A DNA stretch of 32,962 bases from Acidimicrobiia bacterium (GTDB lineage: Bacteria > Actinomycetota > Acidimicrobiia > Spongiisociales > SHLN01), in NCBI GenBank assembly GCA_041619515.1, contig JBFKDW010000027.1, forward strand, positions 1-32,962, given 5' to 3'. Within the stretch, counting starts at the first letter, position 1. The number at the start of each line of letters is the position of its first letter. Positions 9,064 to 17,505 of this stretch are shown here, piece after piece. The notes under the pieces are model-generated. The model worked only from the letters and a program-made list of their open reading frames with translations, was not told the origin of the DNA and did no database searches. The position numbers and the translations under genes were made by a program.

Positions 9064-9944
9064 TGCGGCTCGAGATCCGCTACCTGACGACCTTTGAGTA
9101 CCCGCAGCAGGTGCGGGATTCCCACAACGTCCTGCGAGCCTGTCCTACCACCGACGACTTTCAGGCCCTCCTGTCCTACACACTGACCACCGACCCGGCA
9201 GCCCGGGTTCTCTCCCACATCGACTACTGGGGCACCAGGCTCGATGTGTTTGGGATCCGCCACCCCCACGATCGACTGTCGGTGATTGCCGACTCCACGG
9301 TGGAAACGTACCCACGGCCCGCTCCTGAGCCCGACGCCTCCACCGACCCCTACCGGGACGACGCTTACCGGACGGAGCACCGCGAGTATCTGGCCGACAG
9401 CCCCCATACCATCGCCGGCTCGTCCCTCGGCGACCGTGCCCGCCAGCTCGTCGGGGACCGAGCGCAGGCGGTGGCGGCGGTCGAGGCGCTCATCGACGAG
9501 GTGCGGCGGCTGCTCGCCTACGAGCCGGGCACCACCTACGTCGGGATGAACCTGGACGAGGTGGTGAAGCAAGGCTCGGGTGTCTGCCAGGATTTCGCTC
9601 ACACCCTCATCTCCATGGCCCGGAGCGCAGGCATCCCGGCTCGCTACGTGTCCGGCTATCTGTACGCAGCCGACCAATCACTCGGCCGCCCGCCGGAGGA
9701 GGCGGAGATCGAAGTGCAGACCCATGCCTGGGCTGAGGTGGCCATCCCCGGCTGGGGGTGGTGGGCGGTGGATCCGACCAATCGCGAACCGGTCGGTGAG
9801 CATCACGTCAAGATCGGGCACGGCCGCGACTACGACGACGTCGCTCCCCTGCAGGGCGTCTATCACGGCCCCGCCAACCATCGGCTTGGAGTGAGCGTGC
9901 GCATCTCCCGCGAGCAGATGAGTGAATACCAGTCACAACAGTGA
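9060..9944 (+). CDS. Bacterial transglutaminase-like protein
   Basis: Catalytic triad motifs GVCQDFAH, THAWAEV and DPTN, plus GRDYDDVAP. ATG9060 overlaps the alpha-E stop. Confidence 0.93.
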   Translation: MMRLEIRYLTTFEYPQQVRDSHNVLRACPTTDDFQALLSYTLTTDPAARVLSHIDYWGTRLDVFGIRHPHDRLSVIADSTVETYPRPAPEPDASTDPYRDDAYRTEHREYLADSPHTIAGSSLGDRARQLVGDRAQAVAAVEALIDEVRRLLAYEPGTTYVGMNLDEVVKQGSGVCQDFAHTLISMARSAGIPARYVSGYLYAADQSLGRPPEEAEIEVQTHAWAEVAIPGWGWWAVDPTNREPVGEHHVKIGHGRDYDDVAPLQGVYHGPANHRLGVSVRISREQMSEYQSQQ

Positions 9945-10075
9945 TGGCGCCCGCCGGGAAGAGGCAACACAGAACGTGGCAGAAACAAGCCGGAACCCCA
10001 CCCTCTGTGCTGAACGTCTCACCACCGAATCCTCAAAATAGGCGTATTCTGAAGAGGAAAGGGAAGGTTGGTTCC

Positions 10076-10318
10076 ATGCTGGCAGGACTCCTCACCATGG
10101 GGGTCGGCGGATTCCTCATCTTCGTCGGATACGATGCCTCGAGCTGTGAGAACGTCACGTTCGGGGGTCGCTTGCTCTTTTGCACCGGGAGCCCTTCGGC
10201 GCTCGAATCCTCGAGTGGCGTGTCCGGAGCCCTCATCGGCGGCGCGCTCATGTTCGTCGGCGTCATGTTGATCTTCCTGGGACTGACCCGGCTGGCAAGC
10301 GGAAAGGGCCTCCGCTGA
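10076..10318 (+). CDS. Small two-TM hypothetical membrane protein
   Basis: Purine-rich RBS region (GGAAGG) before ATG10076. Two hydrophobic helices flank a loop containing two Cys (SCENVTFGGRLLFC). Confidence 0.65.
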   Translation: MLAGLLTMGVGGFLIFVGYDASSCENVTFGGRLLFCTGSPSALESSSGVSGALIGGALMFVGVMLIFLGLTRLASGKGLR

Positions 10319-10398
10319 ACGCACCGGGTGAACTGGACTTCCGGCCCTAGCCGGCGCCCGACCGCTCTCTCATACTCCCCGCCAAAGAAGGACGGGGC

Positions 10399-10590
10399 AT
10401 GGAAGGCACCAAGCCTGATCTCGAGGAACTGCGAATTGGCCCAGCAGAAAGACCCGACGATCCACTCGTCACATCCCGACGTCACGCCTCCACCGCCCGG
10501 CCCGCCACCCCCCGGCCCCCATCCACCGACCACGCCAAGGATCGTCACCATCCCGCTCCCGACGTGCAGGGGTGCTACTTCCTCGGCTGA
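10399..10590 (+). CDS. Small hypothetical protein (63 aa) ending QGCYFLG
   Basis: AAGAAGGA RBS before ATG10399. Fills an otherwise empty intergenic gap in the same orientation as its neighbours. Confidence 0.5.
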   Translation: MEGTKPDLEELRIGPAERPDDPLVTSRRHASTARPATPRPPSTDHAKDRHHPAPDVQGCYFLG

Positions 10591-10644
10591 GTCATGCCTC
10601 CCGGGCGGACACCGCCCGGATCGACGACGGGTGCCTGCCGGAGC

Positions 10645-11442
10645 ATGGGAGGGGCACTGACCCTGGATGGGAAGACGCTCCGGGCGGTTGCATTGCCGAC
10701 CGAGCACGGCGGCTGGAGCCTCACCCTCGAGCCGGTGCTGCTCGGCCTGCTGGTCGAGCCGGGCTGGTCGGGAGCGTATATCGGGCTCGCAGCGCTCGTT
10801 GCCTTCCTGGTCCGGACACCTCTCAGAATCGCTCTCGTCGACGGTTACCGCGCCCGCTCCCTCCCCCGCACCGGGCCGGCACGCCGGATCGCCGCCCTCG
10901 AGCTGACCCTGCTGGCGGGCCTCGTGCTGCTGGCGGCGGCGACTGCCGAGCGCTCGTTCCTGTGGCCCGTGATAGCAGCGGCACCCCTGGTGCTGATCGA
11001 GCTGTGGTACGACGTGCGCAGCCGCAGCCGCCGGCTGGTGCCTGAGCTGGCCGGTGCGACTGGGGTTGCGGCGGTCGCCGCCATCATCGCCCTCGCCGGT
11101 GGCAGCACCGGGCGGCTGGCGGTGGGGCTGTGGTGCGTAGCGGCCGCCCGAGCGGTGGCGGCGATCGCCTTCGTGCGGGTCCAGTTGCGCAGGTCCAAAG
11201 GACAGGCGCACTCGGTGCGTCGCAGCGATGGATTTCAACTGCTGGCCGTGACCGCTGCCACGATCGGCTGGCTGCTCGACGCAGTATCCGCAGCGGGCGT
11301 GGTCGCCATCAGCGCCCTGGCGCTGGTCCATGCGGTACTGGCTCGTCGACCGGTGCCGGCTACGCCGATCCTCGGCGCCCAGCAAGTGGTTCTCGGCCTG
11401 GGGGTCGTGCTGACGGCCGCCCTGGGAGCTTTGGCGCCCTAG
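10645..11442 (+). CDS. YwiC-like family membrane protein
   Basis: LPTEHGGW signature followed by multiple TM helices. Start uncertain (10594 or 10645). Confidence 0.8.
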   Translation: MGGALTLDGKTLRAVALPTEHGGWSLTLEPVLLGLLVEPGWSGAYIGLAALVAFLVRTPLRIALVDGYRARSLPRTGPARRIAALELTLLAGLVLLAAATAERSFLWPVIAAAPLVLIELWYDVRSRSRRLVPELAGATGVAAVAAIIALAGGSTGRLAVGLWCVAAARAVAAIAFVRVQLRRSKGQAHSVRRSDGFQLLAVTAATIGWLLDAVSAAGVVAISALALVHAVLARRPVPATPILGAQQVVLGLGVVLTAALGALAP

Positions 11443-11473
11443 CGGGCGCGACGGATGGCGCGTGGTCGGGCTC

Positions 11474-12247
11474 TCAGGCCCGCCTGCCATGGTGGCGGCC
11501 GAGGAAATAGGTTCCCACCGCCAACCCGACCGCGCCTGCCGTAGCGGTCGTGGTCCCGATCACTCGTTTGGCGGTCCGGCTGAACTCGACGATGGGCCAA
11601 CCCCGCGCCCGGGCAATCCGCTCCAACTCTCGATCCGGATTGACGGCAACGGGATGGCCTACCAGCTCGAGCATCGGGAGATCGCTGACCGAGTCGCTGT
11701 AGCCGTAGCTGAGTGCCAGGTCGTAATCCTTCCGGGCTGCCAGTTTGGCAATCGCCTCGGCCTTGCCGGGCCCGTAGCAAAACGGCTCGGACAGCCGGCC
11801 CGAGTACCTTCCATCTACGATCTCCGCCACCGTGGCGATGGCCCCGGTCATGTCCAATTCGTCCGCCAGCGGCTGCACGATCTCGATCGGCGAAGCGGTG
11901 ACCATGTAGGTGTCGCGGCCCGCTTCGCGGTGGAGCTCGAGGAAACCCTGTGCCTCGCGGCGAACGTCGTCGACCAATCGCGGGATGATCTCGTCGCCGA
12001 GGCCGGTCAACTCGGCGACGGTAACACCAGAGATCGCGTCGAGCACCCGGTCGCGAACCCGGGCGGCCGAGTCGTCCGTGCTCCCGGAGAACCGAAATGT
12101 GATGGCGTTCTTGAGGTCACTGAGGAGCTGGCGGGTCGACACCATGTCGTTGCGCCACGCTGCCCGGCCGAAGGTGTACAACGACGAGCCGCTGATCAGG
12201 GTCCTGTCGAGGTCGAAGAACGCCGCCGAGTTCCGGTGTCCCTCCAT
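11474..12247 (-). CDS. HAD-IB family hydrolase (SerB-like)
   Basis: AAFFDLDRTLI (motif I), VTAS (II), GPGKA (III), YSDSVSDLPML and AVNPD (IV). AAAGGA RBS before ATG12247. Confidence 0.9.
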   Translation of the reverse strand: MEGHRNSAAFFDLDRTLISGSSLYTFGRAAWRNDMVSTRQLLSDLKNAITFRFSGSTDDSAARVRDRVLDAISGVTVAELTGLGDEIIPRLVDDVRREAQGFLELHREAGRDTYMVTASPIEIVQPLADELDMTGAIATVAEIVDGRYSGRLSEPFCYGPGKAEAIAKLAARKDYDLALSYGYSDSVSDLPMLELVGHPVAVNPDRELERIARARGWPIVEFSRTAKRVIGTTTATAGAVGLAVGTYFLGRHHGRRA

Positions 12248-12307
12248 AGTCCAATCCTTTCGTCTGTCGGGCCGAACGGTATCGCGTTCTTCGGTGCACA
12301 CGAGACG

Positions 12308-12333
12308 GAGCGAGGGCGGCGGCGCCCTCGCTC
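12308..12333 (-). terminator. Perfect 11-bp GC-rich hairpin downstream of the 30-aa peptide gene
   Basis: GAGCGAGGGCG-gcgg-CGCCCTCGCTC, starting about 26 nt after the peptide stop. No clear U-tail, which is common in actinobacterial terminators. Confidence 0.55.
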
Positions 12334-12359
12334 ACGAACCGATGCCACACGGACCGGCG

Positions 12360-12452
12360 CTACCGGATGTTCACCACCGCCGCGAATGCGGACTGGGCGA
12401 ACAGCGCCATCGCCGTGGCCAATGCCAGGGCAAATGTCACGAGTCGTCTCAT
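12360..12452 (-). CDS. 30-aa secreted pre-peptide MRRLVTFALALATAMALFAQSAFAAVVNIR (putative signalling peptide precursor)
   Basis: AGGAGG 8 nt before ATG. n-region MRR, hydrophobic h-region and A-F-A signal peptidase I motif leave only AVVNIR (or VVNIR). Below the ORF-track length cutoff. Confidence 0.8.
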   Translation of the reverse strand: MRRLVTFALALATAMALFAQSAFAAVVNIR

Positions 12453-12530
12453 ACGTAGCCCCTCCTCTCGGGGTTCAATCGTTGAGGAGGAGATCGGCAA
12501 AGATCGAAATTCCTACAGTTTGCGGCAGCC

Positions 12531-15500
12531 TCAGCGGGGGCCGGCCGGGTCCCGGCTGCCCCGGGTCACCACCGCCACCCCCGCCCGCCGGAGAACCTGC
12601 AGATCCCTGCGGATCGTCCGAACGCCGGCCTCGAGAGCGGTCGCGAGGTCGACGACGGTGGCCGCCCCATCGGCGGCCTCCGTCTCGGCCAACAATCGTG
12701 TCAGGCGATGCCGCCGCCGCTCGGCGGAATCGGCGATCTCGGCATCGGCCGGATCGTCGACGGTCCAGGCCACCTCGACGAAATCCTCCTGGCGCAGGGG
12801 CCGGCCGGTGGGAACATCCCGCCGCGCCAACCGGACGACTACCTGCCTGGGCCGGCTACGGGCAGCGGCGTCTTCTATGGCGCGGTGCTCGGGAATGGCC
12901 AGAGCCGAGGCCAGCTGGTCCGACGGCAGGTCCACCAGACGTTCGGCCAGCAGCACCTGAGCCTCGAGGAACGCCCGTCCTGCGTCCTCGATCAACCCGG
13001 CCGCCTCGAGCACCAGCCCGCGCCGGAACGGCACCAAGTAGCCCTGATCGGTCCCGGGACTGAGGCGGCGAACGGCATCCGATGTTGCGGCCATGGCTCC
13101 GGCAATATCGTCCTGGCCCAGCCGGGCAAGACCCACCACCGACAGCAGGCCGCCCTCGAAGTTGGATAGCCCCAGATCGCGGCAGATCGAGAGACCGCGG
13201 TCGGCGGCCGTGGCGGCTTCCGCCTCCTTGCCCATCGCCAGGAGCAGTTGCGACTGGGCATACAACAGCTGCACCTCCATCCATCGGTTCCCGGCCCGCT
13301 CGACCGCCGCCAGTCCCTTCCGAATGTGGTGGGCGGCCTCGTCGAATCGCCCGGCCCGCCTCTCGATCTCGGCGAGATTGCACAACACCTGGGCGGCACC
13401 GTCCTCGTTGTTGACCTCGACGAAGTATTCGAGCGCGGACCGGCAATACTCGCCGGCCACCACATCGTCGCCGACCACCGAGTGGTGGATCGAAGCAGCA
13501 TTGGCCTGCACCAGCGCCTGGCCCCGCCGATTGCCCATCGAGCGGAACAACTCGATCGCCTCGGCAAAGGAGCTGAGAGCTTCCGAGATACGCCCGGCGA
13601 ACCAGAGCGCATTCCCCCGATTGGCCGTGTTCACCGCCTCACCGTGCCGGTACCCGATCCTCCTGCTCAGCACGACTGCCCGGTCGTAATAGTCGACGGC
13701 CCCATCTGACTCACCGCGTTCCATCGTGATGATTCCAAGCAGGCCGAGCGCCTCGGCCTCGCCGCGGGCATCGTCTGCGCTGCCGAACAACTCGAGCGCC
13801 GTCTGTGCCTCGACGGCGGCTTGCTCGTATTCCTGCACGGCGCTGAGGGCGCTGCCGAGGGCCCGGCGGGCATGGGCCTGCTGCTGCGTGCTGGTGGCCA
13901 GCTCCGCCCCTTCACGGAGGTGCTCGACGGCGAGCGCGAGATCTCCGGACCATAACCCGATTGTCCCCAGTGCCATCCGGTCATCCGCCATGCCCGCCCG
14001 GTCCTCCGCTTCGGTGTCGGAGGCCAGAGCCGCCTGAGCGGCCCGTTCGGCTTCCTGGAACCGGTCGGTATGTGCGAAATGCCAAGCGGTGCGCCGCAGC
14101 ACGGCCGCCCGGCGGTCACTCGCCCCTTCGACCAGCGCCTCCATGTCCGCGAGTGCGCCGGCCTGCTCGTCCCGACGCCCCAGCACGTCGAGGACATGCT
14201 CATAGCCGAACAGCAGGTTGAGACGCTCGTTGTCCTCCAACTCTTCCACCTCCAGGGCCGTCTGGTAGTGGGAAGCGGCGGTGGCGTAGGCCCGCATCGC
14301 AACCGCCCGCTCGGCTGCCAGCACGGCGTACGGCTTGGCTGCCCTGCCGAGGCCGGCCTGGACCAGATGGTGGGCGATGGACTCGGAATCCTCCGGGTGA
14401 AGCTGTTCGAGGGCGGCTGCAATCGCCCGGTGCCAGCGGCCGGCCTGACCTGGGCCGAGCTCGCGGAGGGCTACCCGCCGCACCTGCTCATGGCGGAACC
14501 GGTACCGGTTGCCCCGCTCGTAGAGGATGCCGCGCGAGACGAGCAGATCGAGACCCTCGAAGAACTCGGGCCGGGGGCAGTCGAGTGCCACCAGCATCAC
14601 CTCGGCTTCAGCTTCGAGACCGGCCACGGAGAAGACCTCGAGAATCGCGCGATCGGCGGCGCCGAGCGACTGGAGGCGCCTGGAGATCAGCTCCTGGACG
14701 GTGGCCGGAAGCGGGAACTCCCCGACAACGCTCTGGGAGCCGGCCGCTGCCACGTTGTGCTCGTGCATGGCCCGCAGGGTTTCCAGCACGAACAGGGGAT
14801 TGCCTCCGGTTTCCGCATGGATCCGGCCCACCATTTCGGCTTCTCCCCGGGTGGCCGAGCTCACCCGAATCAGCTCGGAGGTTTCTTCACGCGACAGCGG
14901 ATCGAGAATGAGACGGCTCGAACGGTTGAGTGCGTCGATGCTGCGGAGACCGTCCCACACCGCACTGCGATCACGTGCCTCGTGGGCGCGATAGGACAGG
15001 CACACGACGATCGGCTCGTCGGCAATCACCGCCGCCAGATGGGACACTGCCGCCACCGTGTCGTCGTCTGCCCATTGGAAGTCGTCGAGGATGAGCAACT
15101 GTGGGGTGGCACGGGCAAGGCCGATCACGGTGCGGGCAATGGCTTCCCTCATCCGGCCGGCTTCTTCCGACGGCTCCAGCGCGGCCACCGGCGAAAGGGT
15201 CGGCAGCCACTCGCGAAAATCGGGGATGAGTCGCGAAAGCTCGCTGAGCCATATCGGATCGACCTGGGCGGCGAGCTGCTCGGACCGCAGCCCGGAAACG
15301 GAACCCCGGAGCGCCGAAGACAGCGGGTGATAGGAGCGGGCGGCGTCTCCCTGCAAGCCCTCTCCCCACAGCACTCCCAGGCCCCGCCAATTGGCATCCT
15401 CGGCAACCGACTCGAGCAGCCGGGTCTTGCCGACGCCGGGCTCACCCTCCACCAGCAGCACGGCGCCGCGTCCCGTCAGAGCCGCCTCGATGGCGGACAC

Positions 15501-16352
15501 CGCACGCGAGCGCGGGCCGTCCCTGCCGACCATCGGCACCGGGGTAGCCAGATCGAACAGCGGCGAGCGGGCCACCGGGACGAATGGTTGGCGCCCGGCG
15601 CGGCGCTGCGATGCGATCGACTCCATCAGCTGGGTGGTAGCCGTTTCCGGTTCGGTGCCGAGCTCGTCGGCCAGCGCCGAATAGCACACCTCGTACTGGA
15701 GCAGCGCCTCGTTTGGCCGGCCCGCCAGTTGAAACAGGCGCATCACGTCGCGATGAGCGTCCTCACGCAGTGGCTCCAGCAGCGTCAAGCGGCGAGCGTA
15801 GACCAGGGCATCCTCGAACTCGCCCCGGCTCTTGTGGAGGGTTGCCAGGTGAGACAAGGCCCGGTAGTAGATCTGGCGCAGCCGCTGCTGATCCATGAGG
15901 AGCCAGTCGTCGTAGAAACCGGCGAGCAGGTCGCCCCGGTACAACTCAACGGCCCCGGCCAGCTCCCCCGGATCCCTCACCCCGCCGGGACCGGCGCCGG
16001 CTTCTTTCAGCGACGCGGTAGCCGTTTCGAAGGCCTCGACGTCGAGCCAATAATCGGAAGCCGGATTGAAACGGACGGCGTTCGGGGTCGGGAGCAAGTA
16101 CGAGCCGGCCAGCCCGGCCTCGGAGAACAACGTCTGGATCTGCCACAGAGCCTGGCTCAGCCGTCTCCGCGCCTGGTTGTCGGGCATGTCCGGCCAGAAC
16201 ACCCCCGCCAGCAGGTCGCGACCTATCTGGCGGTCCCGGTTGAGCACGAGATAAGCGAACAGGGAACGCCCGGGGCGCGAGGGAATACGAGGAAGTATCC
16301 GCCCGTCGCTCTCCAAGAGCAAGCCCCCCAGCAGCCGGATCTGGAGGCTCAC
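12531..16352 (-). CDS. Large AfsR/SARP-type STAND regulator: wHTH-BTAD-NTPase-TPR with C-terminal DUF1670-like HTH
   Basis: LQIRLLGGL...SLFAYLVL...RDLLAGVFWPD (wHTH); ELYRGDLLAGFYDDW...EPLREDAHR...ELGTEP (BTAD); GEPGVGKT Walker A; LILDDFQWAD Walker B; TGGNPLF; many TPR-like repeats; C-terminal DLATALEAGVRTIRRDL HTH. Start uncertain (16352, 16361 or 16424). Confidence 0.9.
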   Translation of the reverse strand: MSLQIRLLGGLLLESDGRILPRIPSRPGRSLFAYLVLNRDRQIGRDLLAGVFWPDMPDNQARRRLSQALWQIQTLFSEAGLAGSYLLPTPNAVRFNPASDYWLDVEAFETATASLKEAGAGPGGVRDPGELAGAVELYRGDLLAGFYDDWLLMDQQRLRQIYYRALSHLATLHKSRGEFEDALVYARRLTLLEPLREDAHRDVMRLFQLAGRPNEALLQYEVCYSALADELGTEPETATTQLMESIASQRRAGRQPFVPVARSPLFDLATPVPMVGRDGPRSRAVSAIEAALTGRGAVLLVEGEPGVGKTRLLESVAEDANWRGLGVLWGEGLQGDAARSYHPLSSALRGSVSGLRSEQLAAQVDPIWLSELSRLIPDFREWLPTLSPVAALEPSEEAGRMREAIARTVIGLARATPQLLILDDFQWADDDTVAAVSHLAAVIADEPIVVCLSYRAHEARDRSAVWDGLRSIDALNRSSRLILDPLSREETSELIRVSSATRGEAEMVGRIHAETGGNPLFVLETLRAMHEHNVAAAGSQSVVGEFPLPATVQELISRRLQSLGAADRAILEVFSVAGLEAEAEVMLVALDCPRPEFFEGLDLLVSRGILYERGNRYRFRHEQVRRVALRELGPGQAGRWHRAIAAALEQLHPEDSESIAHHLVQAGLGRAAKPYAVLAAERAVAMRAYATAASHYQTALEVEELEDNERLNLLFGYEHVLDVLGRRDEQAGALADMEALVEGASDRRAAVLRRTAWHFAHTDRFQEAERAAQAALASDTEAEDRAGMADDRMALGTIGLWSGDLALAVEHLREGAELATSTQQQAHARRALGSALSAVQEYEQAAVEAQTALELFGSADDARGEAEALGLLGIITMERGESDGAVDYYDRAVVLSRRIGYRHGEAVNTANRGNALWFAGRISEALSSFAEAIELFRSMGNRRGQALVQANAASIHHSVVGDDVVAGEYCRSALEYFVEVNNEDGAAQVLCNLAEIERRAGRFDEAAHHIRKGLAAVERAGNRWMEVQLLYAQSQLLLAMGKEAEAATAADRGLSICRDLGLSNFEGGLLSVVGLARLGQDDIAGAMAATSDAVRRLSPGTDQGYLVPFRRGLVLEAAGLIEDAGRAFLEAQVLLAERLVDLPSDQLASALAIPEHRAIEDAAARSRPRQVVVRLARRDVPTGRPLRQEDFVEVAWTVDDPADAEIADSAERRRHRLTRLLAETEAADGAATVVDLATALEAGVRTIRRDLQVLRRAGVAVVTRGSRDPAGPR

Positions 16353-16524
16353 GGGGCCCACGCTACCCCCGGCGGTGCCCGGTCGCCAGCCGTAGGCGCT
16401 GCCTGCGTCCGACCCACCACTCATGGTGATGGCCGCAAGGTTGGCGGCGGAGCTGCCGGGGGCCGAGACAGCAGCAATAGACCCTATTCGTATGGTTTTG
16501 CCAGCTAACACCCGGAGGCACGCC

Positions 16525-17505
16525 ATGTCATGGTTCGGAACACCACCAAAGGGATCGCTTCGCTCGGCTCTCATCCCGGTGCCGGCGGTTCTGAACGGCT
16601 CATCTCTTCTGCTGTCGGCGACCCCGTTCCCGGGCACTTCGGCAGGAACGGGGCGTCCCTCCGCCGGCCGGGCTCGTGGCGCCCGGCACAACCCACGCGG
16701 ACCGGGGGCGAGTCGCTATGCGCTGCTCGACCGCGTGCGGGGCAAGCGGTGGGGCGAGCTGCCGGCTGCTCCGCCAGCCGGGCGCCACACCTCTCCGGTG
16801 CGGTTCGTCACCGAGCGTGCCGGGCGTGTATCGGCGCCGGGAGTTCCCGCCCGCCCGACGAGCCGGCCCGGAGTGGTCATCATCGCCCGTCCCTGCGACC
16901 TGCTGGCCCAGCTGGTTGCCACCAGCCTCATCTATGCCCACGTCCCCACCTGCCAGCTCGACCCTTCGGACCTGCCCGACGTCGAGCTCGAGTGGCATGG
17001 TGATGTGATCACGATCACAGGCCAGCCCGTGCGAGGACTGCTGTGGCGAACCCTTACCTGTCCCGGCCCCGACCGGCCCGCCACGGCCGAGACCGATTCG
17101 GATTCCTACGATCCGCCGGTCACCGCCAGCTGGTTGGCCGCGGCCAGCTTTCCCTCGATGCGGGCGGTCAACGCCTACGATGCGGAGGCCTGGCGGCGCG
17201 GCGCAGGGTGGCGGGTATGGAAGGACCGGCTCAGCAGGTGCGGGGTGCCCGTTGAGTCACCGGAGCAGCCCTCCGAGTCACCCGGGGTTGCCAGCCTGGT
17301 GGTGTGCGGGCGGGTCGTGTCCGGGCCCGAGACGCCGGCGGTGGAGGCGGCCGCCGAGGCACTCGAGGCGTCCGGCGTCCGCCTTGCTTCCGTCACCTCC
17401 CTACCCGACGGGCGGGTCAGCGACGTGGATCCTCATCCGCAGGCGTTCCAGTCGGTGGCGGTCCGCAGGGCCGCCACCCGCATCGCCGACTACCTCGCCG
17501 CATGA
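16525..17505 (+). CDS. Hypothetical protein with a degenerate RimK/MvdD-like ATP-grasp C-terminal region
   Basis: GGAGG RBS before ATG16525. VVIIARPCD, VRGLLWR, SWLAA..RAVN, SLVVCGRVV and VSDVDPHP loosely echo peptide-maturase ATP-grasp motifs, but the central ATP-binding part looks missing. Confidence 0.5.
   Translation: MSWFGTPPKGSLRSALIPVPAVLNGSSLLLSATPFPGTSAGTGRPSAGRARGARHNPRGPGASRYALLDRVRGKRWGELPAAPPAGRHTSPVRFVTERAGRVSAPGVPARPTSRPGVVIIARPCDLLAQLVATSLIYAHVPTCQLDPSDLPDVELEWHGDVITITGQPVRGLLWRTLTCPGPDRPATAETDSDSYDPPVTASWLAAASFPSMRAVNAYDAEAWRRGAGWRVWKDRLSRCGVPVESPEQPSESPGVASLVVCGRVVSGPETPAVEAAAEALEASGVRLASVTSLPDGRVSDVDPHPQAFQSVAVRRAATRIADYLAA

Noticed and set aside
10490..10535. C-rich low-complexity tract as a repeat, or a Gly/Pro-rich gene on alternative frames
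   Set aside because: No regular repeat unit; adequately explained by the Pro/Arg-rich part of the 63-aa ORF.
14070..16508. 812-aa ORF on the + strand
   Set aside because: Antisense shadow of the STAND regulator, caused by high-GC codon bias; no recognisable motifs.
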